A DNA stretch of 64,000 bases from assembly GCF_048593235.1 (NCBI RefSeq), contig NC_133618.1:656220361-656284360 (forward strand), read 5' to 3'. A program made the position numbers and the translations under genes. Every line of letters begins with the position of its first letter. The first letter of the stretch is position 1. Positions 11,401-23,492 of this stretch are shown piece after piece. Below the pieces are notes generated by a model, which saw only the letters and a list, made by a program, of their open reading frames with translations, was not told where the DNA came from and made no database searches. Source of the stretch: Sminthopsis crassicaudata. Taxonomy: Eukaryota.

Positions 11401-14400
11401 ACTGTGGTATTAGAAAAGAATGGGAAAAAGTCAGGGCCCCAATCTCAGAACCCTCTACAAGGAACCACAAATCAGACTTGGAGACATCGGGGGAGGGAAA
11501 GGGCAAGGTTACCTGCTCGTAGGTGAGACACTGGTCCGTGAGGATCTCCAGCAGCGGAGCAGCATTGCTGTCTCTCCTCTTGAACATTTCCCGAACAATG
11601 CTCAGCAGGTTCCATACACCCTCCGGTTCTCGACCTCGGAGGGGACGCAGGAGACACGCCCACTCGGCAGCTGCTGGGGGCTCAGTTGATGACAGATACA
11701 TTGAGTTTACATCACTGTGGAGGGAGAAAGGGAGCTGAATTGAAAAGAGAATGAACTGTAGATCCAAACAAACACAAGGTTTAGAACTTTTTTGATAACT
11801 CCCAGGTGTCTGGGCACAAGGGCGAATGAACTTGGGCAAATCCACACTGATCACTTTATTGATGATGACAATAAAGATGAGAGCATGGGGGAGTGGAGGG
11901 GTGGAAAGGAGCAGAGGAGGGTTAATATGGGCCCTCTGGTGTGCCAGGCACTGTGCTAAGTATCTGACAAATAATCTCACTTGGTTCTCTCAACATCACT
12001 GTGATGTGGGAGATATTACTTATTATCTTCATTTTATAGGAAGCAGACAGAGGATAAGTGACTTGTCTCCGATCCTATGGCTAGTAAATATCTGAGGCAG
12101 AATGAATGTGGACCTTCCTGACTCCAGGTCCAGTACTTTATCCGCCATCAAGTGAGGGGGACTCTGCAAATGTGAGGATCAGTATCAGCCTCACATCCAC
12201 CAATTCTTTTACCAAAGGTGGAAGCCATAGCAGGGCCTGAGTCTGGTCAACAGTCTTAACAGGGAACTCCAAGAAGCTCACCTCCTTCCAATTTACCCCC
12301 AACCCAGAAACCCACTTGTGTTTCTTAGCAAGAGGGTAAAGATCACCTGAAGACAACTGGGGAGGGACCACAGAATTTGTGCAATGTCTTCTTGATGTTC
12401 TCACTGAGCGTAGACTCGTCCAGGTACCACGTACTCTGGTCAGAAGCTGAAGGACCTGCAGTGGGGTCTGGGGGCAACATGGTCATAGGTAGGACAGCCA
12501 GCTGTGTTACAGCAGAGCCATCTTACCTCTTGAAAACTACCTGCAGGTTCCAGTCCCCTTTGGTTTCTATTCCTGCAAATCTATAAATGTGGGAACTGGA
12601 CTCCGCCTCGCTCCATGAAAGTGGGGGCTTTCTTAATTCAGCCCCCTCACATCTCTTCATTCTGCCTTCACTCACCTGGGGCTCCACACACAGTGTTGAT
12701 GGCAGTAGATTGGGAGGACAGGAGTTCATCCAGGAGGCGCTGGGCTGTGGGAAGGATCTTGAGGTGGAAGGGGCAGGGACAGAGAGAAAGGCACGGGTAA
12801 GTGGACAGAAGCACAGGCCAGATGGGAGAGAGAGCCGAGGGAGCAGGGGATTCCAAGAGTGGGGAGAAGGGTCAAAGCCACCAACCTGCTGAGGGAGCTC
12901 ACTGATGAGGTACTGAGCAAACTTCTGCAGCTGGTCCCTCTGGAGCCGAGACAGGGACTCTGAGACAGGAGCCCGAAGGCAGACGGCCGAAGCCTGCATG
13001 GAAGACATGAGACACACTGGAGGAAAGCAGTAAGACCTACGAGAGGCCAAAATAAAGATGGGAGAGGCCTGAGGGCTCTGGAAAGAAGCAGAGTGCTATC
13101 TAGTTCCTGAAGGGACCACCAAAGATAAAACAAATAAGCTAAGGCTGTGGGTGGGGAAGGGGATAAGGGAGGGAGGAGGGGGCTCTCACGTTGTGAATCC
13201 TGAAGAGGCAAAGGGCCACTACATGGGTGCACCATTTGGCACCAGCCCCACAGGTGCAGCTGCAGGAGGTGACCCGGCATCGGTCAAACATCACAGCCAC
13301 ATTGTATGCCCCCTTAGGGGGAACCATCTGAGGAGGCACCACTGTGGCACTCAGGTGAAACCCTGCCAGAACAAGGAGGGCGGGGAGCATAAGTCAGAGG
13401 GAGAGAAGCCTGGCAGCAGCTTCCTAGCCTCACCCCCCAAAAACCCCACCACTTGTCCATACCTATTTGTAGTGGATCCTTCACAGCCCTCATTCGGAAC
13501 AGCTGTTCCCCACGCTGGAATTCATCTGCACTCCCATTAGCCAGGCACGAATAGAGCCTGGGAGGAGAGGGAGGACATGGGGACACACACACAACTCAGC
13601 AAGTTCCCCCACAACAGAGCCTGCTCAGCCCCAAGGGGCCTGGTGCTCCCCACCCCCCACTCAGCCCCAAACATGTACTCTCCAGCAGGTCCCTGGTTCT
13701 GGCCCCGGCCCCCGGCCGTACCGTATGTCCTCCTCATTCTCTGGGAAGCTCCAGAAGGCAATCCGCAGTTGTAGCTGCTCAGGCACTGGGGGGTAAACCT
13801 TCTCCACCACCTCAAAGGGGATGTGGAATGCCACCTGCTTTGCCGACAGCTCCACCAAGGGGATCACCAGGCCGTCTGCCGAGAGGGGGGAGGGGAGAGC
13901 CACCAACATTCTCACCCCATTCTGGACTAAGGCGCTAACCCCTCTCCTAACTCTTCCCCAGGGGAACTGTCTGTGATCTGCTTCCATGGAAGAGAGAAGA
14001 TTTGGGCACATGCTGTGCAGGGGCAGAGGGATCTCAGGCTCTGCTGTCCCAAAGACTAGTTCACCCAAGGGAGAAAAGGAAGAAACGTCCACTCCACCCT
14101 GCTTCATTCTCTCTACAGGAGGGGATGCCAAAGGTTTCTCCTAGAAATTGCTAGCCCTAGAATGTCTTATTCCAGTGATCTTCCCCACATAAAACTGCAG
14201 CCTGTGAAATTGGGGGTGGCTGAGTGCTGTCACGCTGAGTCTAGACTTCCTACTTGGGGCTTCCTTTTGTCCCTTTCTCCCAGAGTCCCCTCCAACAGAA
14301 CAACCCAAAGGAAAGGCTCTGGGAGCACTCCTTTTTGAAGGATCTGAGCCTCTCTTTCCCCCACACATCAGAGCTCAGAGGACAACAGGTCACCATAGGG

Positions 14401-16999
14401 GAAGCCAAGGAACAACAACAGCTTCTGCTGTCACAGCCTCAGCTCCTGGAGTAAGGGGAGGGAAAAGTTCTAGGGTCACCCCACTCCACACGGGTCCCCA
14501 TTCCACACTTGCCAAAGGCAAACGTTAGTCCATGTTACAGACTCTATTTCTGGACAAATTTCCACTAAGCTTGCAGCCCTCCCCCCTCAGCTCTAGGGCT
14601 GTAACATTAACCTTCCTGTCTTCACCCCAGCCCCAGCCCCAGAGGGCCCCACAGCCTGGACTTTGGTTCTCGGAGGGAGGAGGGTGGCAAGACTTCATTA
14701 GGAGGGACATAAGAGGTAACGAGAGGGAGGAATGGTTGATCACACAAGGGGCCCCAAAAGGGTTTTCAAAAGTCCGCATGTGTGCATACACCATGTGTTG
14801 TCTCTCCTAAGCTAAAGTTGGATCATTACTGTGTCTAGAGATGACATGAGTAGATTATTTTCTGTTCCAGAGAAGCATGCCAGAAAGCTCTACTAGGAGA
14901 CTGTTTTGTTGATGTGCCATTTTTCAAGAGAGTTGTAAAGGAAACAATAGTTACCAGATCACAAAGGAAGAAATCCAGTTTGGATAGGCACCCACAGATT
15001 TAAAAAAAGAAAGAAAAAAACTGGGAGCGGGAAAGAAAAAGGGGTTACTGGATCAGAGACTCTGAAAAAGACCTAAATCTTCTGGTCCAATCTCCTCATT
15101 TTGAAAAAGAGGAAATCGGGTCCAGTTCCATTAAGTGACTGTAAGGTCAAAAGCAAGACCTGAAGCCAGGTTCTCTGATTCCTTCCATGGCTCCACAGCA
15201 ATCTCAAAACGGCAATCTACAAGGGGGAGGGATTTTAAATGTTCACATCCTGGAAGGCTCGGGCTAATGACAACCGGCACTGGGGGGAGAATAGTAAAAC
15301 AGTGGGTTGTATTCCGGGTCAATAAATAAGGAGGTCAGAGCCAAGAAAAATTAAACAATGCACACTTCAGAGGTAAACAGATTGAACTTTACATAAAACA
15401 AACACGAAGCTGGGGATGATTTCAATTTCTTGGAAGGCCCCACATGGAATTGTTAAGTTACAAAATGTTTACAACCTTTATGCTGGAAGGGATGTAAGAA
15501 AAGAAAGCCTATCTGGGAAGAAAGTGAGAAATAAATAATTTGCCTGACATATTACTGGAGGAGAGGAGAGGAAGAGCTGAGGAAGATAAAATAACGTAAG
15601 GATGTAAGAGTGTTATTGTACTATAAGAAGTAAGAATAGGGAAACATATGAAGATGGAGTAAAACAAGCTCCAAACACAAGAGAATAAACATTTTAGAAA
15701 GCCTCCTTAAAATTAACATCCGCTGCTTTTGTTTCTTTCAACAACCCATAAAAAACAAACAAACAAAAAAAAAAAAAAAACAGGTCTCGGGGCGTCACTC
15801 TGGTCTTCCTCCTCTCCTTTGTTACTGTTCGTGGGTTGGAATGCTTAAAGCAGATCGGGAAAGTGCGCCGGAGAGGGGTTTGTAAAACGTGGCTCTGGGG
15901 GGGGCAGGCAGACACCGGGCACGGCCAGGTCCGGGAGCTCAGAATCCCGGGCTCCAGGGGAGTGGGACCGGGGATGTGGGGCGGGCGGCCGAAGTCCCCC
16001 AACCACACCCAAATCCGTTAGTGTATTACTGGCTGTTTCTCAAAGTTCCAAAAAGGCTCCTGGAAGAGGGAACCAGCCCGGGAAGGGCCTCGGCAGCCAG
16101 AGCTCGGTTCCGGGCACCGGGTGCGTGTACCCGGCTCGGGCACGGAGACGACCCTCCCTACTTTGCCTCTCCCGAATCCGGCAGGAGTCCGGGCTGTCCT
16201 GGGCCTGGCTGCCAATGGGGATCCCAGGTGGGCGTGCTGACCCCTCGCTGACCCCTTCCAGGACAGGTCCCCCTGGGTCCCGCAGGGAGCTCGACGTCCA
16301 CGTTGCACCCCTCCCTCGCCCATCACACCCCGGGGACTGCTGGGTCTCTGCCACTGTGCCCCGGCCAGTCCCCGGGCCGACCCCTCTTCAGGGCCTGTTG
16401 TCTCGCCCGCGGGATGACCGCTGTAGCTCCCTCCCACCCCACTGACCGAGACCCCGACAGGTCAACTCGAGTCAAGCTGTCACCCGTGAGACGGTTACCT
16501 TCGGCTCCCCCCCAAACAAAGTTCCCTTTCCCGGGGGTTACTCCCCATGTCTTGCTAGCGCCCTTCCCCCTGGCGGGGCTCGGAGCGCGTCGGAGGGTCG
16601 TCTCCGACCCCCGGGACCTAACGCCGGGGCCAGAGCCGTGACGGCTCGGCGTGCGGCAGGCCCTCCCCCGCCGGAGCCCCGCGTTCCAGCGCCGCGCACG
16701 GCCGGCTCCCGGGAGCGTGCGTGCGTGCGGACCCAGGGTCCCGGGCTCGGCCCGCCCTCCGGCCGCCCGGGCGTGCGCCTCGTCCCCGGCTCACCTCGGC
16801 TGCGGCCCCCGCCGCCCCCGCCGCCGCCGCCGCCCGTGGGGGAGTTGGGCCCCGCCGACTGCTTGCGCCATCCCCGCCAGTTTTGGCAGAGGCTCTCGGC
16901 CTCCGAGATGAACGAACAGAGCGAGTCCTCCTCGAAGCGGTCCGAATCCTCGAACGAGAAGCGCTCGCCGTCCTCCCACTCGGCGAACATCAGCTCCAT
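2419..16999 (-). CDS. ZSWIM8: Zinc finger SWIM-type 8, CUL3/Elongin substrate receptor for target-directed miRNA degradation (~1833 aa)
   Basis: 26 exons in transcript order: 16999-16795, 13875-13722, 13557-13463, 13362-13190, 12993-12886, 12757-12676, 12467-12347, 11714-11513, 10907-10732, 10428-9435, 9038-8907, 8827-8648, 8512-8329, 8202-8104, 7377-7253, 6779-6539, 6450-6292, 6070-5842, 5692-5403, 5275-5052, 4619-4140, 3893-3743, 3633-3439, 3224-3105, ~2899-2721 (5' part in N-gap, estimated), 2622-2419. Visible boundaries are GT-AG and phase-consistent. Starts MELMFAEWEDGERFSFEDSD, has SWIM motif CSCTCGAGAKWCTH, ends KELWQRVSLDMTTFSP. Confidence 0.96.
2795..2926. other. Assembly gap (132 N) overlapping ZSWIM8 exon 25
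   Basis: Run of N. Flanking coding sequence resumes at (A)HAHTHLRTPAF. Confidence 0.99.
11105..11380 (+). mobile_element. Old marsupial L1 3'-UTR fragment
   Basis: Resembles recalled marsupial L1 3' ends (gaccaaccacaattccaaaggactcatg ... ggaactaaaaataaaa). Boundaries approximate. Confidence 0.5.
11925..12147 (-). mobile_element. MIR/CORE-SINE
   Basis: tgccaggcactgtgctaag ... cattttataggaagcagacagagg ataagtgacttgtc ... ttcctgactccaggtccag matches the reverse MIR/CORE layout. Similar copies at about 15045-15200, 31430-31590, 36465-36660, 40165-40335, 53110-53330, 53670-53920 and 60670-60840. Confidence 0.65.
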
Positions 17000-17800
17000 G
17001 GGGCCCAGGCTGAAGATGGAGGAGGAGAGGCCCGGGCGGGCCTCGGGGGCGGGCCGGCTCGGGGGGGAGGTCCGGGCGCTCGGGATGGCCTCCAGGGTCA
17101 GGCCTTGGCCCTGGCCGTGCTCGGGAAGGGGCCGCGCCTCAGCGCCGAGCGCACGCACGGGGCCGGGCTCGCGGACTCGGGGACCGGGACCTGGACCCGC
17201 TGCTGCCGCCACCGGGGCCTCCCAGCAGCCGCGGCGCCGCCTCCCCCATCAGCTGATCCGCACTTCCGGCCGCGCCGGCCACTTCCACTTCCGCCTCCTC
17301 CGGGCCGCCGAGTCGCCCTTGCCCAGTAGGCCCGAAAAGGAACTAGTTCTAGCTACGAAGATTTCGTCCCACACTTTCCTAGCTTCTCCCTTCCCCTCAT
17401 TCCCTTCACGCGGCACGTTACAAACGGGTTCCCCCAAACTTGGCCCAGTGACACTGAATTCCTGAACGGGGCGGGGGCGGGGGCGGGGGGCGTGGAGGTA
17501 GCGTGGAGCCTCGCTATGCATGCCGGGAATCGTAGGCTTCGGACTGGCAGCTCCGGAATCCCTGGGATCTTTGTGCTCCTCAGATTCCTGTGTCGCGCAG
17601 CCTTATGGGAATCGTAGTCCGAGGACGTGAAGTTCGAAAACAATGATGGAGTAGGGCTTGGCGAAGTTTGGGTTCCGGCGAGCTTCATCCCTCTTTTCCC
17701 TCCCCCGCCCTCAACCGTCTGACAGAAGAGATTCTGACAGTCAAACGTCCCGTCTGCCCCTCGGCTCCCACGCCCAAATCGTATCCCAAGTTGGCAAAGG
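15870..17800. promoter_or_regulatory. ZSWIM8 CpG island / promoter
   Basis: Dense CpG around exon 1. ETS/GABP cores (CACTTCCGG, CACTTCCG) at 17261-17293, tandem GC boxes at 17468-17490, two ZNF143/SBS-like motifs on the minus strand at 17517-17536 (CTACGATTCCCGGCATGCA) and 17600-17618 (ACTACGATTCCCATAAGGC). Confidence 0.85.
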
Positions 17801-19771
17801 TCATGTCCAAGTGGTCACCAGGCTGGGGGAGGCAGCTTTCTGTCAGCTCCCGCTAGACGGAGAAACTCCGGGGATTACCCCCTCCCCCCGCCAAAAGAGG
17901 CGACAATCCCAGTTCTTAGTCTAACGGGGGAACAAGTCGGAAGGTTAGCGATGGGGGAGGGAGGGCAGGAAGGCTTTCTGGAGCCAAGGTGGGAGTCTAG
18001 CTGGAGCTGAAGCAACGAGACCCTTCATGGCAGTAAGCTTACGTAAAGGAACGGGGCTGCTGGTGATTAACACCTCGAATGAATATATCTTTTAAAACTC
18101 TTCCATTTCTGCCTGGTCTCCCGGGCTCAGAACTTAGGCATCTTCCCCCCCTCGCTCGGATCAGTTCTACTTACATAATTTCTCTCCTGCCGCTCTCCAT
18201 ACATTGCCAATGCAGCGCTTTCTTCTACTTACCTGATGACACTTACTCTTTAATGAAGCCACCTGCCTCCACTTTTTCTCCAGGCTAATCCTTCGCAGGC
18301 TTATTTGTCAGAACGTTTATTAACTTATTCCTAAATCTCTAGCCTCGAGATGTGAACATCTGGTGGAGGTTGTAACTTTGCACATCTCAGCATCTTCTTT
18401 GATGAGGGTATGCCATGCCTGTGCCAGTGTCTCCCATGTCCTACAATGGATTCTAAAGTTCTTAAGAGACCTAGAGGGTCCTTGTATGGCTTTTTCTGAC
18501 CACTCTTCGAGCTTGTGAGATCTCCATAAATTAATCTTTTTTTTTTTTTTTTGCAAGTGTATATTTGGCATTCTAACACCTTAAAATGCAAAAGAGATCA
18601 CTGGTCTTTAAATGGATCAAGGTCCTTATCATTTCCCACAAGAATTAGTGGTTTTTTTACCTATTTCCCTAAGAATGACCTTAACTTTTGTCATACTTAC
18701 TTTCTAAAGAGAAAGATATAAAATGGCTTTTTAGATAAGAGAAACATTTCTTAATATGTAAAGTATGTAACATGCCAACAATAATCAAACTCAACTACTT
18801 CCTGCCCTCTCCTATCTCGGGACCAGGCCTGAAGAGGATTCCCTCCTTTTGTCCTTCCCTCCTCTTAAGGTCTAACTCAAGCTCTAGTCTTCCTCCAGGA
18901 AGTTTCCCAGGTCTCTTGAATAAAAGTGATCTCTCCCCTTCCTAACCTTTTACTCCCTTCCCCCCCAATCCTTCCTTTACAGTTATCACATTTTTGCATT
19001 GTTTCAATTATTGGGGTACCTTTTTTTCTTCCAATTGGAGTGCTAGTTGTTTGTAGACAAAGTTTGTCATCTACCACACTCACTGCCCTCGGCACTTAGT
19101 ACAATAGAACACAGTGGCTCCTTAATGATTGTCTAAATAAGGATTATTAACTTTAGAGTAATCTGGTCAAACTATGATCCCCTCCCTCCTCAGAATAATG
19201 TTTTTAAATGCACAAAATCAAATACATTAGATTCCAGAGGAAACAAAAGATGTTAAAATCATTATCAAAATATATATTTTTTAAAAAACAGATTCACAGA
19301 CCCCAGGCTAAGAACCTCCAGTATAAAATGTCAGTCTACTGTTTGTGTCTCACATAGTAGGAATCTGAAAGACAGAATGAGTCACCACTGATAGGCTCAT
19401 GAACCAGTAAGAAATCCAAAATCTTTTACTTTCTCCCAAGCTGCAAACCCACCCCCACCCCCACTGTACACAGTAGTGAAGAATGGCCATGAAAACAAAA
19501 GGCTTTAAGTAAACCTGGCCTCTCATGCTCCAATAACAAGAGGCATCCACAGCAAATATTAACTCTAGACTAGATGAGCTTTAAATTCCTTCCACCTCTG
19601 AGCATCTTGTGTCCTTCAACGACCTTGAGGAAATCAAAAAAATGAGTCCATTCCCAAGGCAGGTTAAGTATTCTCTATGAATGGCCCTGGAAAAGGTGGA
19701 ATGCTGGGGTTCGGGGTTGAGAGGCAAAGGGTATTCCATCCACAACACAGCCCAAGCTCTCTTGTAAGGAT

Positions 19772-19777
19772 TTTATT
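19772..19777 (-). terminator. Likely CHCHD1 polyadenylation signal (AATAAA)
   Basis: TTTATT on plus, ~125 nt after the CHCHD1 stop. Confidence 0.65.
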
Positions 19778-19902
19778 TCAGGGTAAAGCTGAACTCTCAC
19801 CCAAATCACAACCCCACAGGGGTAAGACTATGTCCTCTGCCACTCAGTCCAAACACCAAGTTACTTCCATGAGGTCAGTCCTTCAAAAGCTACATAGTAC
19901 CT

Positions 19903-21293
19903 TCAAATAATGTAGGATATGTTAGGAAACCTCCCCAACAATTTATTTGTTTGCTTGGGAGTCAAATTCCCAGAGGTGCCCAGCAAGTCTTGTTTTGCCT
20001 TCTGCTTCCGCTCTGCCTATAAGAAAAAAAGTAATGAAAAGTGTTGACACCCAAAATTCCCTCTGACTTAAAACTCACAGCCCCCTTGTCATACTCCCCA
20101 CAACTCTAGGGAGAAAGGAAGGACTTTGATCTGTTCTTGGTTGTTCCTCTTCCTCCGAAACACTCAAAACCTTTCACATCTACCTCAAAGTGTCTTGCTA
20201 TAGGGAGATACCCTCCCTTTTCAACTGGATCTCACCTGTCAAGGGTCAGAGACCTTGGGGGTCTAACAAGAACAGGCTAGTCCCCTCCCCAGCCCAGACC
20301 GGTATCCCACCCCATGCCATCGCCTTCCATCCCAGGGGCAATCCCTGTCACCTCAGCCTTTGAAGCACAGTCAAAGAAGTCTTTGATCTCCTTGGCACAA
20401 ATGGTGTCGCTAAATTCATTCTGCTTCCAGCAAGCCATCACCAGGGACATCTCCATTATACAAGTCGCCTCTGGAATGGGGCAGGGGGCATCCCTGAGTT
20501 GGGGTGCCCACCTACCTCATACTACCATCCCTCCCCACCCATTCAGTCACTCATTCACTCAAATTATCCATCTGCTTTCTTTCTTACTCAAATACTGACT
20601 ACTTTATTCACTCAGATTCACCTGCTCGCTTCATTTACATTCACTCACCGACCAGCGAGCCTGCTTCATTCATTTGAACACTCAAAAGTTAACCTGCTTG
20701 CTGCATCCTTCAAAGACTCAGCAGGTTGCTTTATTCACTCACTCAAAAGAGAGACTTGCTAGCTTCATTCCTCCCCCCCAGGTTCCCCTGCTAGCTTCAT
20801 TTGCTTTCTCCCTTCCTCTCTCACCCCTCACTAGCTTTATCTGTTACCTCCCAGGTTCCGCCCCCCCCCCCCAGGTTCATTCATTCCCTCCCTCCCTTCC
20901 TCCCAGGTTCCCTTGCTAGCTTCATGCGTTCCCTCCCCCCAGGTTCCCCTGCTAGCTTCACTCACTGCCTCACTCACTCACAGGGTTCCCAGTCACTCTG
21001 GGCCAGGCTCAGGTTAACAAGGAGCCCCAGCTCTCGAGGGGCAGGTTGCGGAGGCGCCCCTCGGAACCCGGGAGGCCCTGGAAGCCGCGCAGGCCGTCTC
21101 AGGCTTCTCCCTGAACCGACCCCTCCCCCGCTCGCCCCGCTCTCCCGTGCCGGGACGTGACGCACTCACCCCCGAGTTCGCGCCGCCCCGCGCCAACCTG
21201 GTTGGCCAGCATCAAGGGCTTGTTGGGTTTCAGCACCGGCCGCTTCCCATTGTTCAGACGCGCCAGGCGGCCCCGCAAGCTCGGCAGCGCCAT
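19903..21293 (-). CDS. CHCHD1: Coiled-coil-helix-coiled-coil-helix domain protein 1 (mitoribosomal mS37), 118 aa
   Basis: Exons 21293-21170 (124 nt), 20470-20352 (119), 20016-19903 (114, TGA). GT-AG and phase-consistent. N-terminus [31 protein letters not shown]. Twin CX9C motifs [11 protein letters not shown] and [11 protein letters not shown]. Confidence 0.95.
20530..20990. repeat. Degenerate minisatellite in CHCHD1 intron 1
   Basis: Recurring unit ~CCTCCCCCCAGGTTCCCCTGCTAGCTTCATT (clear at ~20771-20801, 20896-20926, 20931-20960), decaying leftward into CCTGCT/TTCATT/CACTCA motifs. Confidence 0.75.
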
Positions 21294-21950
21294 GACCCTC
21301 CGGCTCCGGCAGCCGCCGCCGTGACCACCGCTAGTTCGCCGGACGACCTGACGTCACCGAGCACGCTGGGGGCGGGGCACGTCTCGTCACTGGCGCTGCC
21401 GCAGTTTTCCCGGGATCCCACCCGGCCTTGGGAGATTCTGCCCGCGGGAAAGGCTGTCCTAGCCGCAGGCCCCAAGTCCTGCGGAGCCCGGAGACCTCAG
21501 CCGCCCGCTCCCTGCGGGATTTCCCCCGGGCCTCAGTTTCCCCTTAGGTTCGACGGATGCGCGTGTGGGCGGGGCGGGAGCCGAGCAGTTCGCGGACCTC
21601 CCGGACCGGAGAATCGCGTTGGACCCGGTGCGCTTTGAGCCCTGGCGCTGTGAGCTCTTGGCTGGGGAGGCGAAACCGCAGCCGGCTGGTCCCCGTGAAG
21701 CGGGAGATTGTCCCGAATGCTAGTCGGAGATCCAGAGGCCGCCTCACCTCGGGCTCCACCCGAGCCCTCCCACAGCGAGCCCCTCGCAGGGTTCCCAGCG
21801 TGCCCCGGGGCGCCCCATCCACTAGCCGCCCCGTCGCTTAGTGGGAGGCAGCGTAAGTGTCGCGCCTCGGTCAGCCCGTGCCGCCAGCCCGGGGAGGGGC
21901 CCGAGCAGTCGGGCCCCCGAGATGGGGTGACGTGCGGAGCGCTTCGCTGA
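21000..21950. promoter_or_regulatory. CHCHD1 CpG island / promoter
   Basis: CpG-rich. Perfect CRE palindrome TGACGTCA at 21349-21356 and a GC box at ~21368-21378, just upstream of the ATG at 21293. Confidence 0.8.
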
Positions 21951-23383
21951 TGTCTCCTTTTCTCTCCGTAGGCGAATCAACACACCTAGTTAAGGGTCAT
22001 TCTGGATTTAAACTCGGGCGTTTCTCACACGATTTCAGGCTTGGACGCTTAACCAGCTCCAGGCAGCCTCCCTCTCTCCAAATTCCCCCGGAGGTTGGTG
22101 CTCACTCCTTCAAGTCTACACTTCTGTTGTATTCCTCACTAGAATGTGTATCACCAGTGTCCCAGGGCCCTAAATAGTCCCAGCCTCACAAGAGGAGGGT
22201 CGGTGGTCTCCGGAACTAGTCCCCAGAGTTAGTCTCTGCTTTTGGCTCGGTTCCCCAGACTAGAGTTAATCCGGAAAAACTCCCAATACGGTTCAGAGTT
22301 TATACTTTGTGTGTAAGCTTTCCCAAATATGAATAGGGTTGCTAGCCTCTGCACACATGAAATTTAATAAATACATATTGGGTAGTGTAACCTTAATTTC
22401 AATTCACATGGGGGTGGGGATGGAAAAACAGGCAACACAAAGGACTTGCATAAAACACAATGATCCCCAAATTCCAGTGAATTTATCTTTTAAATAGAGA
22501 TTTTCTGGGAGAATTTCTGGAAGCCTGGACTCCTCTGGAAGAGAAAAAGGCTTCTTAGAACTGTTAAGTCATAGTACATAAGCACAGTCTTCCCACTGGT
22601 GGACCGGCAGAGTATGTACGTGAACAACAAAGTATCCACGTCAGTATCTTCCACTCCTAGGACTAGTTTGTTAGCAGGAGCCATAAGGGCGATTCTCTTT
22701 CTTCTCCAAGGCCAATGCTGTTCAAGAATAGGGTGAGTAATCATTTCTTTTCCTAGAAGGTCTGATCCCTCCACTTTCCAGTGTAGGAATTTTTGAACTT
22801 GGAAATCACTGCCTAGGAAATTTCCCTTCTCTGATTAGAAAGCTCTAGATTCTGGGATGGGGATGCCTAAGAAGTCACTGTACAGATCATCTCCTCTTGC
22901 CATGTGCTCCTGCTTCAGCTGATATCTATCTCTTGGACCAGGAAAGGCCATTCTTAGAAACTCTAGTATCTGATCTGTATTCTCATGCTCCAAGGGAACA
23001 GATTGCCAGTTCTTTGTGCCTATATTTTCCTTTCTGGGAAAGAGATCTGCTCATTGATTGGGAGGTCTCCTAATTTAATTCTCTCTCTGAAGAGAAAAAA
23101 TAGCTTTGTTTCATTGCAATGTGCATGATAAATGCTCAATAACTTTAAATTTGATAATCCCTTTCACTCCATTCTTACTCAAATCACCTTTTAGTTTAGA
23201 GCTCAATCTTTCTTAGACATTTATTCATCACATCTCCTCCAAAATCTTTGAACAAGTTCAAAATCTTTATGGTCCCTTGGGGCAGTGGGAAGAGCTTAGA
23301 ATGGGAATAAGAAGACCAAATTCCATTTTCTACTCTCATACATCCTTGTCTGACAAATCTCTCTGGCTTCAGACTATTCAGTC

Positions 23384-23492
23384 TGCCACAGAATAAACAG
23401 TTCTGTTTTCTTCTTCCTTGAGAGTGTAGAGGGACTTTTCTGGAAACCACATACTAAATAGCTGCTGACAGTGTGACTCTGAGGGGGATGTG
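23384..23492. repeat. Copy A of a ~108-bp direct duplication
   Basis: Aligns by eye to 25757-25863 with 7 substitutions and one 2-nt indel. Confidence 0.9.

Noticed and set aside
14090-14240. Acceptor-like site at 14201 in ZSWIM8 intron 1
   Set aside because: No convincing downstream donor and no other support; unlike the intron 14 and 15 candidates it does not define an exon.
16638-17465. 275-aa plus-strand ORF and other long ORFs over CpG islands (e.g. 27030-27719, 28418-28834, 50542-51042)
   Set aside because: Low-complexity Pro/Arg/Gly/Ala translations antisense to real exons or promoters; expected from stop-codon scarcity at high GC, with no recognisable domain.
22490-22774. 94-aa minus-strand ORF between FUT11 and CHCHD1 as a possible retrocopy
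   Set aside because: No recognisable homology, GTG start, no poly(A) or TSD; length within chance expectation.
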